Shown one piece after another: positions 1 to 11,883 of a stretch of DNA of 64,000 nt. Within the stretch, counting starts at the first letter, position 1, and each line of letters begins with the position of its first letter. The DNA is from Eledone cirrhosa (taxonomy: Eukaryota), in the NCBI GenBank assembly GCA_964016885.1, contig OZ024740.1, positions 240,746,001 through 240,810,000 on the forward strand, written 5' to 3'. The position numbers and the translations under genes are program-made. The notes under the pieces are model-generated. The model did not search any database. It was not told the DNA's origin and saw only the letters and a program-made list of their open reading frames with translations.

Positions 1-309
1 TTTCTTATTCAATTATAAGTGTCCAGTTTACCCTGCAAGATGGTAGTGCTGATGTCACAAGGAAAATGCACCAGTCCATCTTGTAATGTGGTAGTAATGG
101 TGCCATAACAAAAAGCACCTAGTTGACCATGTAAGGTGGTAGTGCCAAAGTCACAATAAAATTTTCCCAGTACAATCTGTGAAGTTGTTTGCATTAGGAA
201 AGGCATCCAACCATAGAAACCATGCCAAAAACAAAGTGTACGAGCAAGATGTGGTTACCTGATCAGTCTGGTCTATTGTTAATTGTAACCCCATTTTTTC
301 ATTCATATA

Positions 310-499
310 ACTGTTTCTACTTTTGGCACAAGGCCAGCAATTATTCTAGTGTATTACTGGTGCTTTATTTTATCAACTCTGTCAGGGTGAAAAGCAAAGT
401 TAACCTCGGTGTGATTTGAACTCAGATCGGAAAGGGCTGCAACTCTATGCTGCAAAGCCTGGTGTCTGATGTTCTACCGAAACTGCCAATCCACTGCCC
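310..499 (-). mobile_element. tRNA-derived SINE, family A
   Basis: Reverse-complement similarity to the copy at 1089-1277. Confidence 0.8.
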
Positions 500-716
500 C
501 TATTGTTCATATAACGAGTTGAACAATTCTTGCAAATTCTGAGAGAATGAAATATGATACAGTATGGGGGATGAAAGGAGGGAGGCAAGTATATTAGGTG
601 GATTTTTGGTGAAGGCGGTATGTAACCAACTAACTTTGTCAGGTGGAAGCTATTGTAGTAGCTTGAAATATTGAAATACTTTCAAACTTTGATGTGTTCT
701 TACTCATTTATTTTAG

Positions 717-782
717 GTTCATCCACGCACAACAGTTGATGATCAAGATGAATTGTCTTCATTACTTCAGGTACCCTTAGTG
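717..782 (+). CDS. EIF6: eIF6 internal coding exon (VHPRTTVDDQDELSSLLQVPLV); upstream exons lie outside the window
   Basis: ttttag acceptor, gtgagt donor, 66 nt phase 0; peptide matches the conserved eIF6 segment DQDELSSLLQVPLV. Confidence 0.95.
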
Positions 783-1088
783 GTGAGTATGAGCTTTTTG
801 TTATTTTGTTGCTGTTCTTCTTTGTCCACTTATTCCAGGTAGGGTTGTGGGAGCAAAGTCCTCAGGCACACTTTCCAAGGGGTCCTATCAGAAGCAATAA
901 TCTCCAAATGATGTAGCTAGATCCCTAAGCAAGACCAATTGAGCTGCAAAATCTGTCTAGCAATTCTTTCCTTAGACATTCTAATCCCATATCCATAGGA
1001 GCAGAGCTGTGATTTCTTGATTCGGAGAATTAGTACTTCCTCAATTCCCAGCTACGCACACTATCAACTAACATTATTTTAAAGATAC

Positions 1089-1277
1089 TGCGGTGGATTG
1101 GCAGTATCAGTAGAGGGTCGGACGCCGTGCTTTCCAGCACAGTTACGTCCCTTTACGATCTGAGTTCAAATCCCGTCGAGGTTGACTTTGCCTTTCATCC
1201 TTAAGGGGTCGATAAAATAAAGTACCAGTAATGCATTGGGTAATTGCTGGCCTTGTGCCTAAAGTAGAAACAATTAT
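1089..1277 (+). mobile_element. tRNA-derived SINE, family A (Deu/Nin-like central domain); other copies at 12246-12404 (+), 21555-21645 (-), 29075-29180 (-), 39083-39182 (-)
   Basis: A box TGGCAGTATCAG, B box GAGTTCAAATCC, core GCCTTTCATCCTTNNGGGGTCGATAAAATAAAGTACCAG; many copies in the window. Confidence 0.85.
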
Positions 1278-1936
1278 TTTAAAGACCCTTTGTAGGAACC
1301 CCATATTGTCCACTTTTATTCACAGTTGTAAGTCTTTTGGTTATTACCATAGGTAAAGGTAGACATGAACACTGAATTGAAGATGAGTTTAGCTCTGTAA
1401 TTTTGTTAGTTTTTTTTAATTGTCTAAATTGTAGTTGGATTGACTAAAGCAAGGGCATGTTATATATGTATATATATAACGTATATATATATTTAAGTAA
1501 TTTTAAAAACCATACAATGCATTAGAAAATTAAAGGTGCCAAGATAACGATAGAATTTTACCATAGCAAACTTAATTATTCCAAATATTTTTGAGTTTAA
1601 AAACCCATTATCAAGGGAGTATCACTATGAAGGTCTTAAAAGACCAGTCAGAGATAAAAGCAAACAACATAGTACATTGAAGAAATATATTAATTTTATG
1701 CTTGATATACTAGGAAAAGAGTCTTAACATTGTTGTATAAGAATATCAGTTAGTCTTGTTTTAAAAGGCGTTGATTGAAGGCATCTAGCTGAAAAGGAAA
1801 AAAAAAAATCATTTTGTATAATGAGCGTGTACATGTGTTTGTTGTTTGTCTGTACAAAGCTATGAGGATATGTGTGTGTATATATAGGTTTAAGAGATTG
1901 TGTGTGTGTGTTTTGTTATATATATACATATATATA

Positions 1937-3450
1937 TGGCATTCGTCGATCTCGAGAAGGCCTTTGAAAGAGTTCTCCGTGCTGTAATCTCGTGGGCTCT
2001 TAGAAAACTAGGAGTAGATGAATGGCTTGTGAAAGCTGTACAAGCCATGTATAGGGGAGCAGTCAGCAAAGTTAGGATTAGCAATGAGTATAGCGAGGAA
2101 TTTAGCGTACAGGTTGAGGTCCTCCAGGGCTCTGTTCTTAGCCCTCTCCTGTTCATCATAGTCCTGCAGGCAATAACGGAGGAGTTTAAGACCGGATGCC
2201 CATGGGAACTCCTGTATGCTGATGACCTCGCACTTATAGCTGAATCTATGGTAGAACTAGAGAAGAAATTCCAAACTTGGAAGAAAGGACTAGAAAGAAA
2301 GGGTGTCAAAGTCAACCTGACAAAGACGAAGGTCCTTGTAAGTAGACTAGAAAACAGAACCTAGATCCCCTCAGGGAAATGGCCTTGCTCAGTATGTAGG
2401 AACTCCATTCTCTGTCCCAAATGCAAACAATGGGTACACAAGAGATGTAGCGGGATCTCAGGAAGCTTAATTAAGAATGTAGGCTTCACATGCAGCAGCT
2501 GTACTGGGACAGCATGCAGCAAACAGCCACAGGAAACAAGTACCACCAATCTCTGGGAGGGCTCTGTAGAGACAGTAGACAGCTTCTGCTACCTAGGTGA
2601 CCAAATTAGCAGCGGAGGTGGGTGTTCAGAAAGTACAATAACTAGGGTAAGAACGGGATGGAAGAAGTTCAGGAAACTACTACCACTGCTAGCTGCAAAA
2701 GGCTTCTCCCTCAAAATGAAAGGCAGACTGTATGATGCGTGTATCCGAACAGCAATGTTACATGGTAGTGGGACCTGGGCGCTGAAGGTGGAAGACTTAC
2801 GTAGATTAGAGAGAAACGAAGCCTGCATGCTCCGATGGATGTGTAATAGTAATATACGTGAACGACAAAGCATAAATGAATTGAGAGAGAGACTGAGCAT
2901 AAGAGGAATCAAATGCTGTGTGCAGGAGAGGCGGTTGCGTTGGTATGGACATGGGATGCGTATGAAGGATGACAGCTACATAAAAAGGTGCAGAGCACTA
3001 GAAGTCGATGGAAACCGCGGAGTGGAAAGACCCAAGATGACCTGGGATGAGGTGATAAAAGCTGACCTTACCCAATTACACCTCTCAAAGGCGATGACAT
3101 ACGACCGTGACTTCTGGCGTCACGCAGTAATACAGAGTACCCGACCTCCCATGGGTACAAGCTGAAGCATATAGACAATATGCCCCCACACCCTCCTACT
3201 GCAAGGTGGTCGTGGAGGTGCCACGGCAAAAAAGCACCCAGCCCACACTGTAAAGTGGACGTGTAGGCGCCACGAAAAAGCACCCAGCACTCACTGTAAA
3301 TGAGGTTGGTGTTAGGAAGGGCATCCGGCTGTAGAAATCAAGCCAAATCAGTTCCTGTATGAGCAAGGCATGGTCAGCCGACCAGACACGGCCCACAACA
3401 GGACAACCCGTCTAGCCCATGCTAGCGTGGAAGAACGGACATAAAACGGA
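1937..3450 (+). mobile_element. 5'-truncated RTE-clade LINE (RT C-terminal half plus 3' UTR) in an eIF6 intron
   Basis: FVDLEKAF, QGSVLSPLLF, LLYADD, FCYLG, RRLRWYGH in one frame with a single TAG at 2362-2364. Confidence 0.92.
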
Positions 3451-3451
3451 A

Positions 3452-5270
3452 CTGTTTCTGGCTTGGTTTCTATGGTTAGATACATTCCTAACGCCAACCA
3501 CATTTACAGTATAGACTAGGTGCTTTTTATTGTGGCACCAAAACGATCACTTTACAGTGTGTACTGGGTGCCTTTTGTTGTGTTACTATCATGACCATTT
3601 TACGGGGCTGACAATGTACTCTTTGTCATGTCACCAACTCAACCACTCCACAGGGCAGATTGGGGGCCTTCTGTCATGCCACTAACATGACCACAGGGTT
3701 AACTGGGTGCTTATTTGTCATGTCACCAGCATGACCACCTTGCACGGATGCCTTGGTGCTTTGTCATAGCACCAGCAGGATTGCCTTACATTGTGGACTG
3801 AGAGCTTTTAGCCATTTCAGCAGCATTGTGGGAGAGCAGGTTCAGTTTTCCATGCTTATATACATGGTTAGGTCAAGAGAGGTGCATCAGATGTGAAAAC
3901 TGGGGGTGGGGTTGATGTGTATCTGCTATCTCCTCATGCCCAATTTCTCTCTTAGTTCATGTATATTACTATTACAGATTCATTGGAGCATGAAAGCTTA
4001 ATTTCTTTCCAATCTTCTTATGTCCTCTGCACAAAGCTTCCAGGCCTCACTTCCATGCAGTATTGCTATTTGTATACACACATCATACATTCTGCCCTTC
4101 ATTTTGAGGGAAAAAAGTTTTATAGCTAGTTACTGTACTTTGGAACACCCACCTCCACTACCAATTTGGCCACTCAGGTAACAGAAGCTGTCAACTGTTT
4201 CTATAGAACCTTGTAAGAAGTTGATAAAGCTTATTTCCTGTGAGCGCTTACTGCTCCTGTGCATTGACCACTTGTAAAACCTATGTTCTTTATTAGCCTG
4301 TCTGAGATCCTGCTACATCTCTTGTACCCAAAATGTGCTTTGGGTCAGATGATGGAATTTCCACTCACCTATTCCCTACACACTGAGCAGGCCTGAAGGG
4401 ATCAGGGCCTTGTTTTCCTTTCTACTCACTATGATTTTAGTCTTTGCCAAGTTAACTTAACACCTTTTCATTCCAGGTTATGCTTCTAGGTCAGGAATTT
4501 TTTCTCTAGTTTTGCCTTAGAATCAGCTATGAGAGTTAGATGATCAGCGTGCAGGAGTTCCCCAGGGCAACCAGTTTTAAACTTTTCTGTTATATCCTGG
4601 AAGATGATAAACAAAAGAGGGATAAGGAGGGACCCTGGTGGACCCCAATTTGTGCACTAAACTCCTCACCATAGTCATTATTAATTTTAACCTTGCTGAC
4701 AGACCTCTGTACATGGCTTGCACTGCCTTCACAAGCCACTCATCTACCCCTAGTTTCCCAAGTGCCCACCAGATTACAGAACATGGGCCCCCATCAAAAG
4801 CTTTCTCCAGGTCAACAAATGCTCATCTGCCATTGCCTCAAGGAAGAGGGCATCCATAGTACTTTTACCTGACACATTTCCTAACTGCCTCTCATCTAGG
4901 TTAATTCAATCCCTAATCAATTGTACAATGACTCTTTCTGTAACTTTCATGACCTAATCCATCAATTTGATGCCTTGGTAGTTTCTTCTGTCTAGTGCAT
5001 CACCTTTGCTTTTGTAACAATTTACAATGATGCTGCTATGCGAGTCATTGGGTAAAGCACCATTTTGTATTACTTGGTTTACAATATGAGTGGTTATGGT
5101 GTGTCCTACCATCCCAGATTCTTTCAGCATCTCAGCAACTATTCCTGATGGCCCAGCTGCTTTGCCTTACTTATTACGCTGCTGCTGACTTGTATAGCTG
5201 GTCCCTCTGTTGGGTCCACTTGGGACAGGATATCTTCCTCTCACACATTCCCCATCATTTTTATTCAACC
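3452..5270 (-). mobile_element. Degraded RTE LINE, tail-to-tail with the preceding copy
   Basis: Reverse-strand remnants of the same RT motifs and AAAAGCACCCAG tail repeats. Confidence 0.8.
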
Positions 5271-5503
5271 TCATACCAACAAATAATCATATAGTCACCA
5301 TTCACTCTCTCATAGGGGCCATGCCAAAAATGAGTAGAGAAGAATTTTCAGTCGTGAAAATCTCCCTAGTGCTGGTGCCATGATAGAATGCACCCAGTAC
5401 ACTCTGTAATTATATAGTTAAATTTTTATTAATTTCTGTTTGAAATATTTCTTTAAATCTTAATTCTGATTTATTTATTTTCGATTTTGTAAACCATTTT
5501 CAG

Positions 5504-5688
5504 GCAGGCACAGTGAATCGAGGCAGTGATATTATTGGTGGAGGAATGGTTGTTAATGATTGGGCAGCCTTCTGTGGACTTGATACAACCAGCACAGAAA
5601 TATCAGTGATAGAAAGTGTTTTTAAGTTGGGAGAAGGAGCACAACCAACCAACATAACTACCAACATGAGAGAATCCTTGATAGATAG
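5504..5688 (+). CDS. EIF6: eIF6 coding exon ([42 protein letters not shown]...MRESLID)
   Basis: ttttcag acceptor, gtttgt donor; in frame with previous exon; eIF6 motifs AGTVNRGS and GLDTTSTE. Confidence 0.95.
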
Positions 5689-6209
5689 GTTTGTGGACTT
5701 TGTTATTATGCTTACTAATAGTAATAAGCCATGTACAATAGTTTACTCTATAGTGAACTAAGCTATTCACAGAAAGGTGACTAATTTGTTGCAGTGGTAT
5801 GAACAGCAGTATTGATACTTTTTGAGAATGTCTTTGAAACAAATAGTTTAGTTACTTAAATCTAGTGAGACTGATAAATTAAGTGCCAGATTATTTCCAT
5901 TTGACTCAGTTGTTTAGCAATTTAAGTAATTCATGGCACTATCTGGACAAAAGTTTCTTGTATTAATAAAACTGTGATAGGTGTAACATCAGAATAATTT
6001 TAAAACAAGCCATGTTTTCTCAATCTGAATGGGCTAATATCACTTCTCCAGTTGTTAGATACTATTGCACTAATAAACTCCATGGGGTAAATAGATAATT
6101 CTTAGAAAAAATATAAAACCCAGATATTAGTTTAGAAAAGACAATAAAAATAAAAAGAAGCTGTTAGTCTATGTAAATATATAATGTTTAAACATATACA
6201 TGTTAATTT

Positions 6210-6720
6210 TCTTCTTCACCACTTATTCCTGAGAGGGTTGTGGGTAAGAGTCCTCTATCTTTCAGCAGGTCTTGTCAGAAGCAACCATCTCTAATTGATC
6301 CAGCTTGATTCCCAAGCGAGATCAGCCAAGCTCATGGGTGTTATCCAACCATCTTGCTTGGGTCTACCCCTGGGTCTCCTGCTGGTTGGTTTTGCCTGTA
6401 AAATCTGTCCAGCGATTCTTTCCTGAGACATTCTAACCACATGCCCCTAATACCGGAACTGGGATCTCTCAATTCAGAGAAGTAGCGTCTATACCTGGAG
6501 TGATTCTATGATCTCCAAGCTATGCACTCTATCGAGAAACATTATTCCAGAGACCCTTTGGAGGAGCCACTAGTATTTGTGTCATATTCTTTCAGTCATT
6601 ACCCAAGATTCATGAGCATAGGTAAGAGTAGGCACGAATACCAAATTGAAGATAGCGAGTTTGGCTTTTACACCTACCTCCCTTCTTCTGATTACCGAAT
6701 GCTGGAGTCCAACTTCCATA
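6210..6720 (-). mobile_element. 3' fragment of a second RTE family; related copies at about 815-1050 (-), 12585-13225 (+), 15040-15400 (-)
   Basis: Shared 3' end CAGGAATAAGTGG and remnants of the GRRPRGRPRARWLDNI-type C-terminus. Confidence 0.75.
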
Positions 6721-7156
6721 TTGAATAGTTTCGCTTTAGTACCATTTATCTGAACACAGATACTCGGGCATTTGTATAGAGATATCTTGTAAATGAAGCT
6801 GTAAAGTGGTTGGCTTTAAGAAGAGCATCTAGCCATAGAAACCCTCCTAAAAATTAAATGCATGACAAAAACATGGTTCTTCATTTCATCTAGTCATGTT
6901 TTCCATGCTAGCATGGAAAACATGTGAAAGGTGATGAAGTCTTTCAGTTAGCTAACTGCTGTTTTCACAGTTTTCTTAAAAGGAAGTTAAATTATTAAAC
7001 TATGAAAGTAAATTGAATGATATTTGGGTCATCTGTTTATGCTGAGATATTTGTGTTATTGTTATTATTATGGGTGTATTGTTGCTAAAAGCAGTAATTT
7101 AGTCTGCTTTATCATAATGACTTCCCCTTGACTCTTTCTTTTCTCCTTTGTTTCAG

Positions 7157-7166
7157 TTTGGCATGA
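7157..7166 (+). CDS. EIF6: eIF6 last coding exon (completes ...IDSLA*), followed by 3' UTR
   Basis: Long pyrimidine tract ending tttcag; AG+T TTG GCA TGA gives DSLA*, matching the usual eIF6 C-terminus DSLx. Confidence 0.85.
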
Positions 7167-7440
7167 TTGGCAGATATTTTGAAATTAAGAAATCATCAGC
7201 TGTTGTGGGAACATAATGCTGATGCTTTGGTCTATTGTATAAAGCTATTATCAGAGATCAAGCTGTTTAGATTGTTTCCACCATTGCGTCTTCAAATTTT
7301 AGTGATGCCAAACCTACACATTAACCTTCTGAAGCTGTTGCTCTGAGGTTAACCACCATCGAACATTTTTCCTGTATGCTTGCTCCATTGATTCCAGTGT
7401 CTGTCTTTTGTATATGGAATGCAATCATTTCATGATTATT

Positions 7441-7446
7441 AATAAA
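7441..7446 (+). terminator. Candidate eIF6 polyadenylation signal
   Basis: AATAAA about 275 nt after the stop, T-rich sequence downstream. Confidence 0.55.
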
Positions 7447-7597
7447 TCCATGTCACTCTTTATGCCTCTTAATCTTATTTTATCAACATAGTTTAACAAA
7501 AATTTTGCATTAGAGAATTTTAGAATTTTCCTTTTTTTTTCCTTTGTTTTTTTCTTTTTACAATTTTACAAGCATGGGTGCATGGTTAAGATGTTCC

Positions 7598-7817
7598 TTC
7601 AGGTTCATTCCCACTACATAGTAGCTAGGGCAAGTATCTTCCACAATAGCTCTAAGCTAACCAATGCCATGTGATGAATTTGGTAGATAGAAACTGGATA
7701 CACACAATGGGCTTCCTCCAGTTTCTATCTACCAAATTCATCACATGGCATTGGTTAGCTCAGAACTATTGTGCAAGATACTTGCCCTAGCAACTATGTA
7801 GTGGGAATGAACCTGAA
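7598..7817. repeat. SINE-derived fold-back: about 100-bp inverted arms, 18-bp spacer
   Basis: 7598-7698 is the near-perfect reverse complement of 7717-7817. Confidence 0.9.
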
Positions 7818-9399
7818 ACAACATGGTATCCCTGTATGTTGTAAGAAGTAACTAAAAGGGTTTGTGTCAAGAAGGGCATCTAACTGTAAAATATTGTCTC
7901 AAAAAATCCCATCCAACCCATGCCAGCATGGAAAAGTTAGCATAAAAATGATTATGATGATATATCATTGTCATAACCATCACTGTTTTACATCTATTTT
8001 CCATGTTGGCATGACTTAAGCAGGTTGTCATGTTCTGACGCTCAGCAGGTCAGATGACTGTATTTTGTATATATGTTACATTCTGGCATAGGTTTTATGG
8101 CTGAATGCCCATCCTAATATCAACCATTTCATGGCATGTACTAGGTGTGTTTATCGTGGCACCACTACTACGATTTTACAAAGTGGGCCAGGTGCATTTT
8201 ATCATTGCACTAGCACTCAGCCAGGCAGTAGAGGGGGATAGCTACATGTTGAGTCTACAAAAAGTAATCCCTCTTCCTTCCATTCTTAAATCTCTTAATG
8301 TAGCATTTCCAGGCTTCAACATCAGTGAGGCTAAGTGTGTCTGTGTCATTTCAAACATACTTCTCCCCAAAGACATGCTGGTTCAGTCACACTGCTTCAC
8401 AGCATGACATAACTCACACCGTTGATCCTTATATCCAGTACATCAATAAATGTTTTGCTTTCTACTTTTCTATGTGCTAAGTAAACCTGTCAACTAGCTT
8501 CTGTTTTAGTGACTTAGAATTTCTCTTTGTTGCTCCCATTTTTTAAGTCATTCCATGCTCGTCTCTTAGCTTTAATGAATCTGTCTACAGTACTGTTCCA
8601 CCTCAAAGTGACTTTTTGCCTGGTTAGTACCTTCTTCTAGTCACATGTTATTTACCTTTTCTTCAGCTTATGGAGTCCTCAACTATTCTGTGTGGTTTTA
8701 TTTATTCGGAGTGATTGCTCTCTTAGGCAGGCTGCCTTCCTTGTGGTCTACTGAGTTCACTTCTATCCTATAGGTATATTTCTTCTCAGTTACTGTTCTT
8801 CTAGACCGACTGCCTTTCTTCTGGCTTACGGAGCCCACATCCACTCCCAAAATATGGTTTAGTTAATTTTGTGGTCACCAGTGGGGAATATGTAATACAG
8901 TTATGATTATGATTATTATATTTAGTCCAATAAGCCGCTGCTATTGGAGTATATTACATGGATAGGTGGGAAAAGTGCCCAGGATGGAGGTGGGGGATAG
9001 GTGAGACTGACAGCCATCAACATGGTTATGAAAAACTTCCGGAGTCTTAGTTATTAATGAATAAATGATAATCAGTCCTATGCGAGCAAGACAATCACTC
9101 TTGCCTCAAGTGGGACTACCCCCGTCCAAACCCATGCAAGCGTGGAACACGGACGTTAAACATTGATGATGATGATAAACAAGAGCAAATAGTTGAATAA
9201 AATAATGTTTAAGTAAAAAAGTCAAGCTTATCTTAGTTTTAATGTTGGAAATTATCAAATGTCAGGAAAGGCATGTTTCAACAGCTTTAAAGTTTCACAC
9301 CATATGAGAATGAGTGAGGTAGATAAACAGCCAGGTAGTCAACAAAAGCAAATAGTTTAATAAAATCATGTTAGAGAAGTTGAAGTCAGGCTTGGAAAT

Positions 9400-10230
9400 T
9401 ACCAAATGAGAGGAAAGTTGTAATAGATTTAACATTTTGTGCAAATGCATTAATTTAGTTGGGTTTCACGTTTTCAGAGATATAAAAAAGTTAATGGAAG
9501 AAGAGCAGTGCTTACAAGTTATGTAGGTTTCGATTAGTTGTTGAGATTGATATGCTTTATGATCAGTTAAAAGTTTTATAGGTCAACTGGAAAATATAGG
9601 TATGGAGAGGAAGTCTATAGGGCAGCAAGGATAAATATGTAGAATGTGGGAAGCATAATGTGATAAGGATTAAAATGTGAGTTATGGAGGTAGAATGAAG
9701 TCAGATAGTTCAGAGGTTGTTGGAGAAACAGTAGAAGAAAGAGCTTGAGTCAGTATTTGTAGCATACTGCTGGGCGATTCCTTGATAGTCAACTGAATGG
9801 TTCTATTTCGGATGCCATATAGGAATTTGTAGCAACAGCTAAACCACTGCAGCTAAGTGAGCATTGAACTTTGAAACAGGTTGGCAACTGATCAAGGCAG
9901 AATTATTTTCTGCCTGAAGAAGAAGTCCAATCTTTCATCCATAGTGTATATGTGGAATTTCCATGAGTGATTGGAGATTGTGAGGCTAGTGCTTGTATAA
10001 AATATTTTGTTTGTTTGTAGAGCAAAGTGTGTTGTAAAAAAACTGTTATATTGATAATGTGTAATAATTGTGTTGAAAGACATTAGTTTTGAGGCCTCTG
10101 TCCATGGAGTTAGTGCAAATATAACAATAAGCATCTAGGCTGCATTTGAATAATTCTTGTGAGTGGAAGATGATAATAAGGCGTGAAACTTGGTATCATT
10201 TACATATGAGTATGTATCAATGAGTAGCTT
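9400..10230 (-). mobile_element. Highly degraded CR1/L2-like LINE RT remnant
   Basis: YSYVNDT (YADDT-like) and SWKFHI-type motifs on the minus strand; many lesions. Confidence 0.45.
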
Positions 10231-10962
10231 GCTTATAAAATTTACACACACACATCTTCACCCTCATCAGTTCTCAAACCAGCAAAATGGTTTCACCCGA
10301 TTTAATTAATGCTGGTTTGAGAGCTGAGGAGGGTGAAGATGTGTGTGTGTCTATAAACTTGTCTTGTACATGGCCTTTCTTTATTTCCTTCTTCTGGTCA
10401 CTTCTATGCACCAACACAATTCTGCTTGTCCTCCTCTTCTTTCAATCTTTCACCTGCCTGTCATCCACTTTGTGGACTACCTCTCTGTTGACCACTGGCT
10501 GCTGGTCTCTGTCCTCTGAGGCATTTTTGCCCATCACTGTCTTTGACAGCTTTTAGCTGTTCTAAGCGATGAGTTTTCTCATTTTTAAATGTATAAAAAA
10601 ATAAATAGCTGTAATTGTTGCAGGGAGAGTTGGGATGTGGTTTACAAGGTCGAATGTGAATTTTGCTTTCCTTTTATGGATAGCTTTGGTTTATTCTAGA
10701 TGTATTTGTGTTCAGCTTTCATCAATTGATGGTCTTCCCATGGAAGATGGGAAGATGGATGTTAAACGATGATGATGATGAATTAAGTATATGTGTGCAA
10801 TACCTTGATACTGTATAGATTGAGTTCCTTGTTGGCAGCGATCTGGCACTAAGATCCTTTTCAGGACCAGCTGTTATTACATTTAATTTTCTTCATGGAT
10901 ATCTTTGGATTGAAGTAGATTTGTTTCTGTTAGGTTTAGGCAATTGACTGTCTCTGTTACAT

Positions 10963-10996
<34 letters not shown>

Positions 10997-11246
10997 GAGA
11001 AAATAATAGACAAAAATATACCTATTTTTTCTTCAAAGTCTTAACTGCAGTTTCGCTGAACCGTGTGCAACGTTTTCTGCACTATAAAAAATGCATCATC
11101 GCTGTGAGGTTGATATGGCTTATATATGAATGTAAAAATATGGGCGAAGACAGAAAAATGAATGAATACAGACAGTAGTCCCATCTCATCAGTTGACCAT
11201 TAGAGATACGTTGTTTTGGTGCTTTTATATTTATATATATATATAA

Positions 11247-11883
11247 ATACATTAAAATAACAACAGAAGGCCAGATTGGAAAATTTACCTGAGAATTTTA
11301 ATTTCGTGAAAGCACTAGATATTTCGATGACCCAGCTTTATCATCTGATTATGATGCTAGACTATGCGATTTCATTAGGTGTTATTTGCAGAATTATGTA
11401 CCAGGATTACGTTGAACCCAAGCATAGAATGGAAGAGAGGAGATAGAGAAAACAAATAGAAAATTTGATTTGAGGACAGCCTGCTAATATGGTGTTATAT
11501 AGGTAGTAGAACTCCCCAAATGACACTTCATGCCAGCTTTATGGGCTAGTAGGTGTGGTGGAGGAAGTAGGCAACAAAGATATATCCATAGAGAATGCCA
11601 ATCCTTAATTATACCCTGTATAACACCATATTAGCAGGCTGTCCCCAAATCACATTTTCTATTTTCTATTTTCTTTTTTTTTGCTCTATCTCTTATCTTC
11701 CATTCTATGTTTGGGTTCAACGTAATCCTGTCACATAATTCTGCAAGTAGTAACACCTGATGAAATCGCATAGTTTTGCATCATAATCGAATAATAGAGC
11801 AGGGCCATTGAAATATAGTCCTTTTGTGGAATTAAAATTCTAAAGTAAATTTTCCAGTCTGGCCTTTTGTTGTTTTAATGAAT
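11247..11883. repeat. Inverted repeat (about 260-bp arms, about 110-bp spacer), probably paired PLE pseudo-LTRs
   Basis: 11247-11504 is the diverged reverse complement of 11612-11883; degenerate CTGATGA...GAAA in the arms; (TA)n on the left. Confidence 0.8.

Noticed and set aside
5689-5761. C-terminal extension of the eIF6 ORF in the ORF track
   Set aside because: Read-through into the intron past the GT donor at 5689
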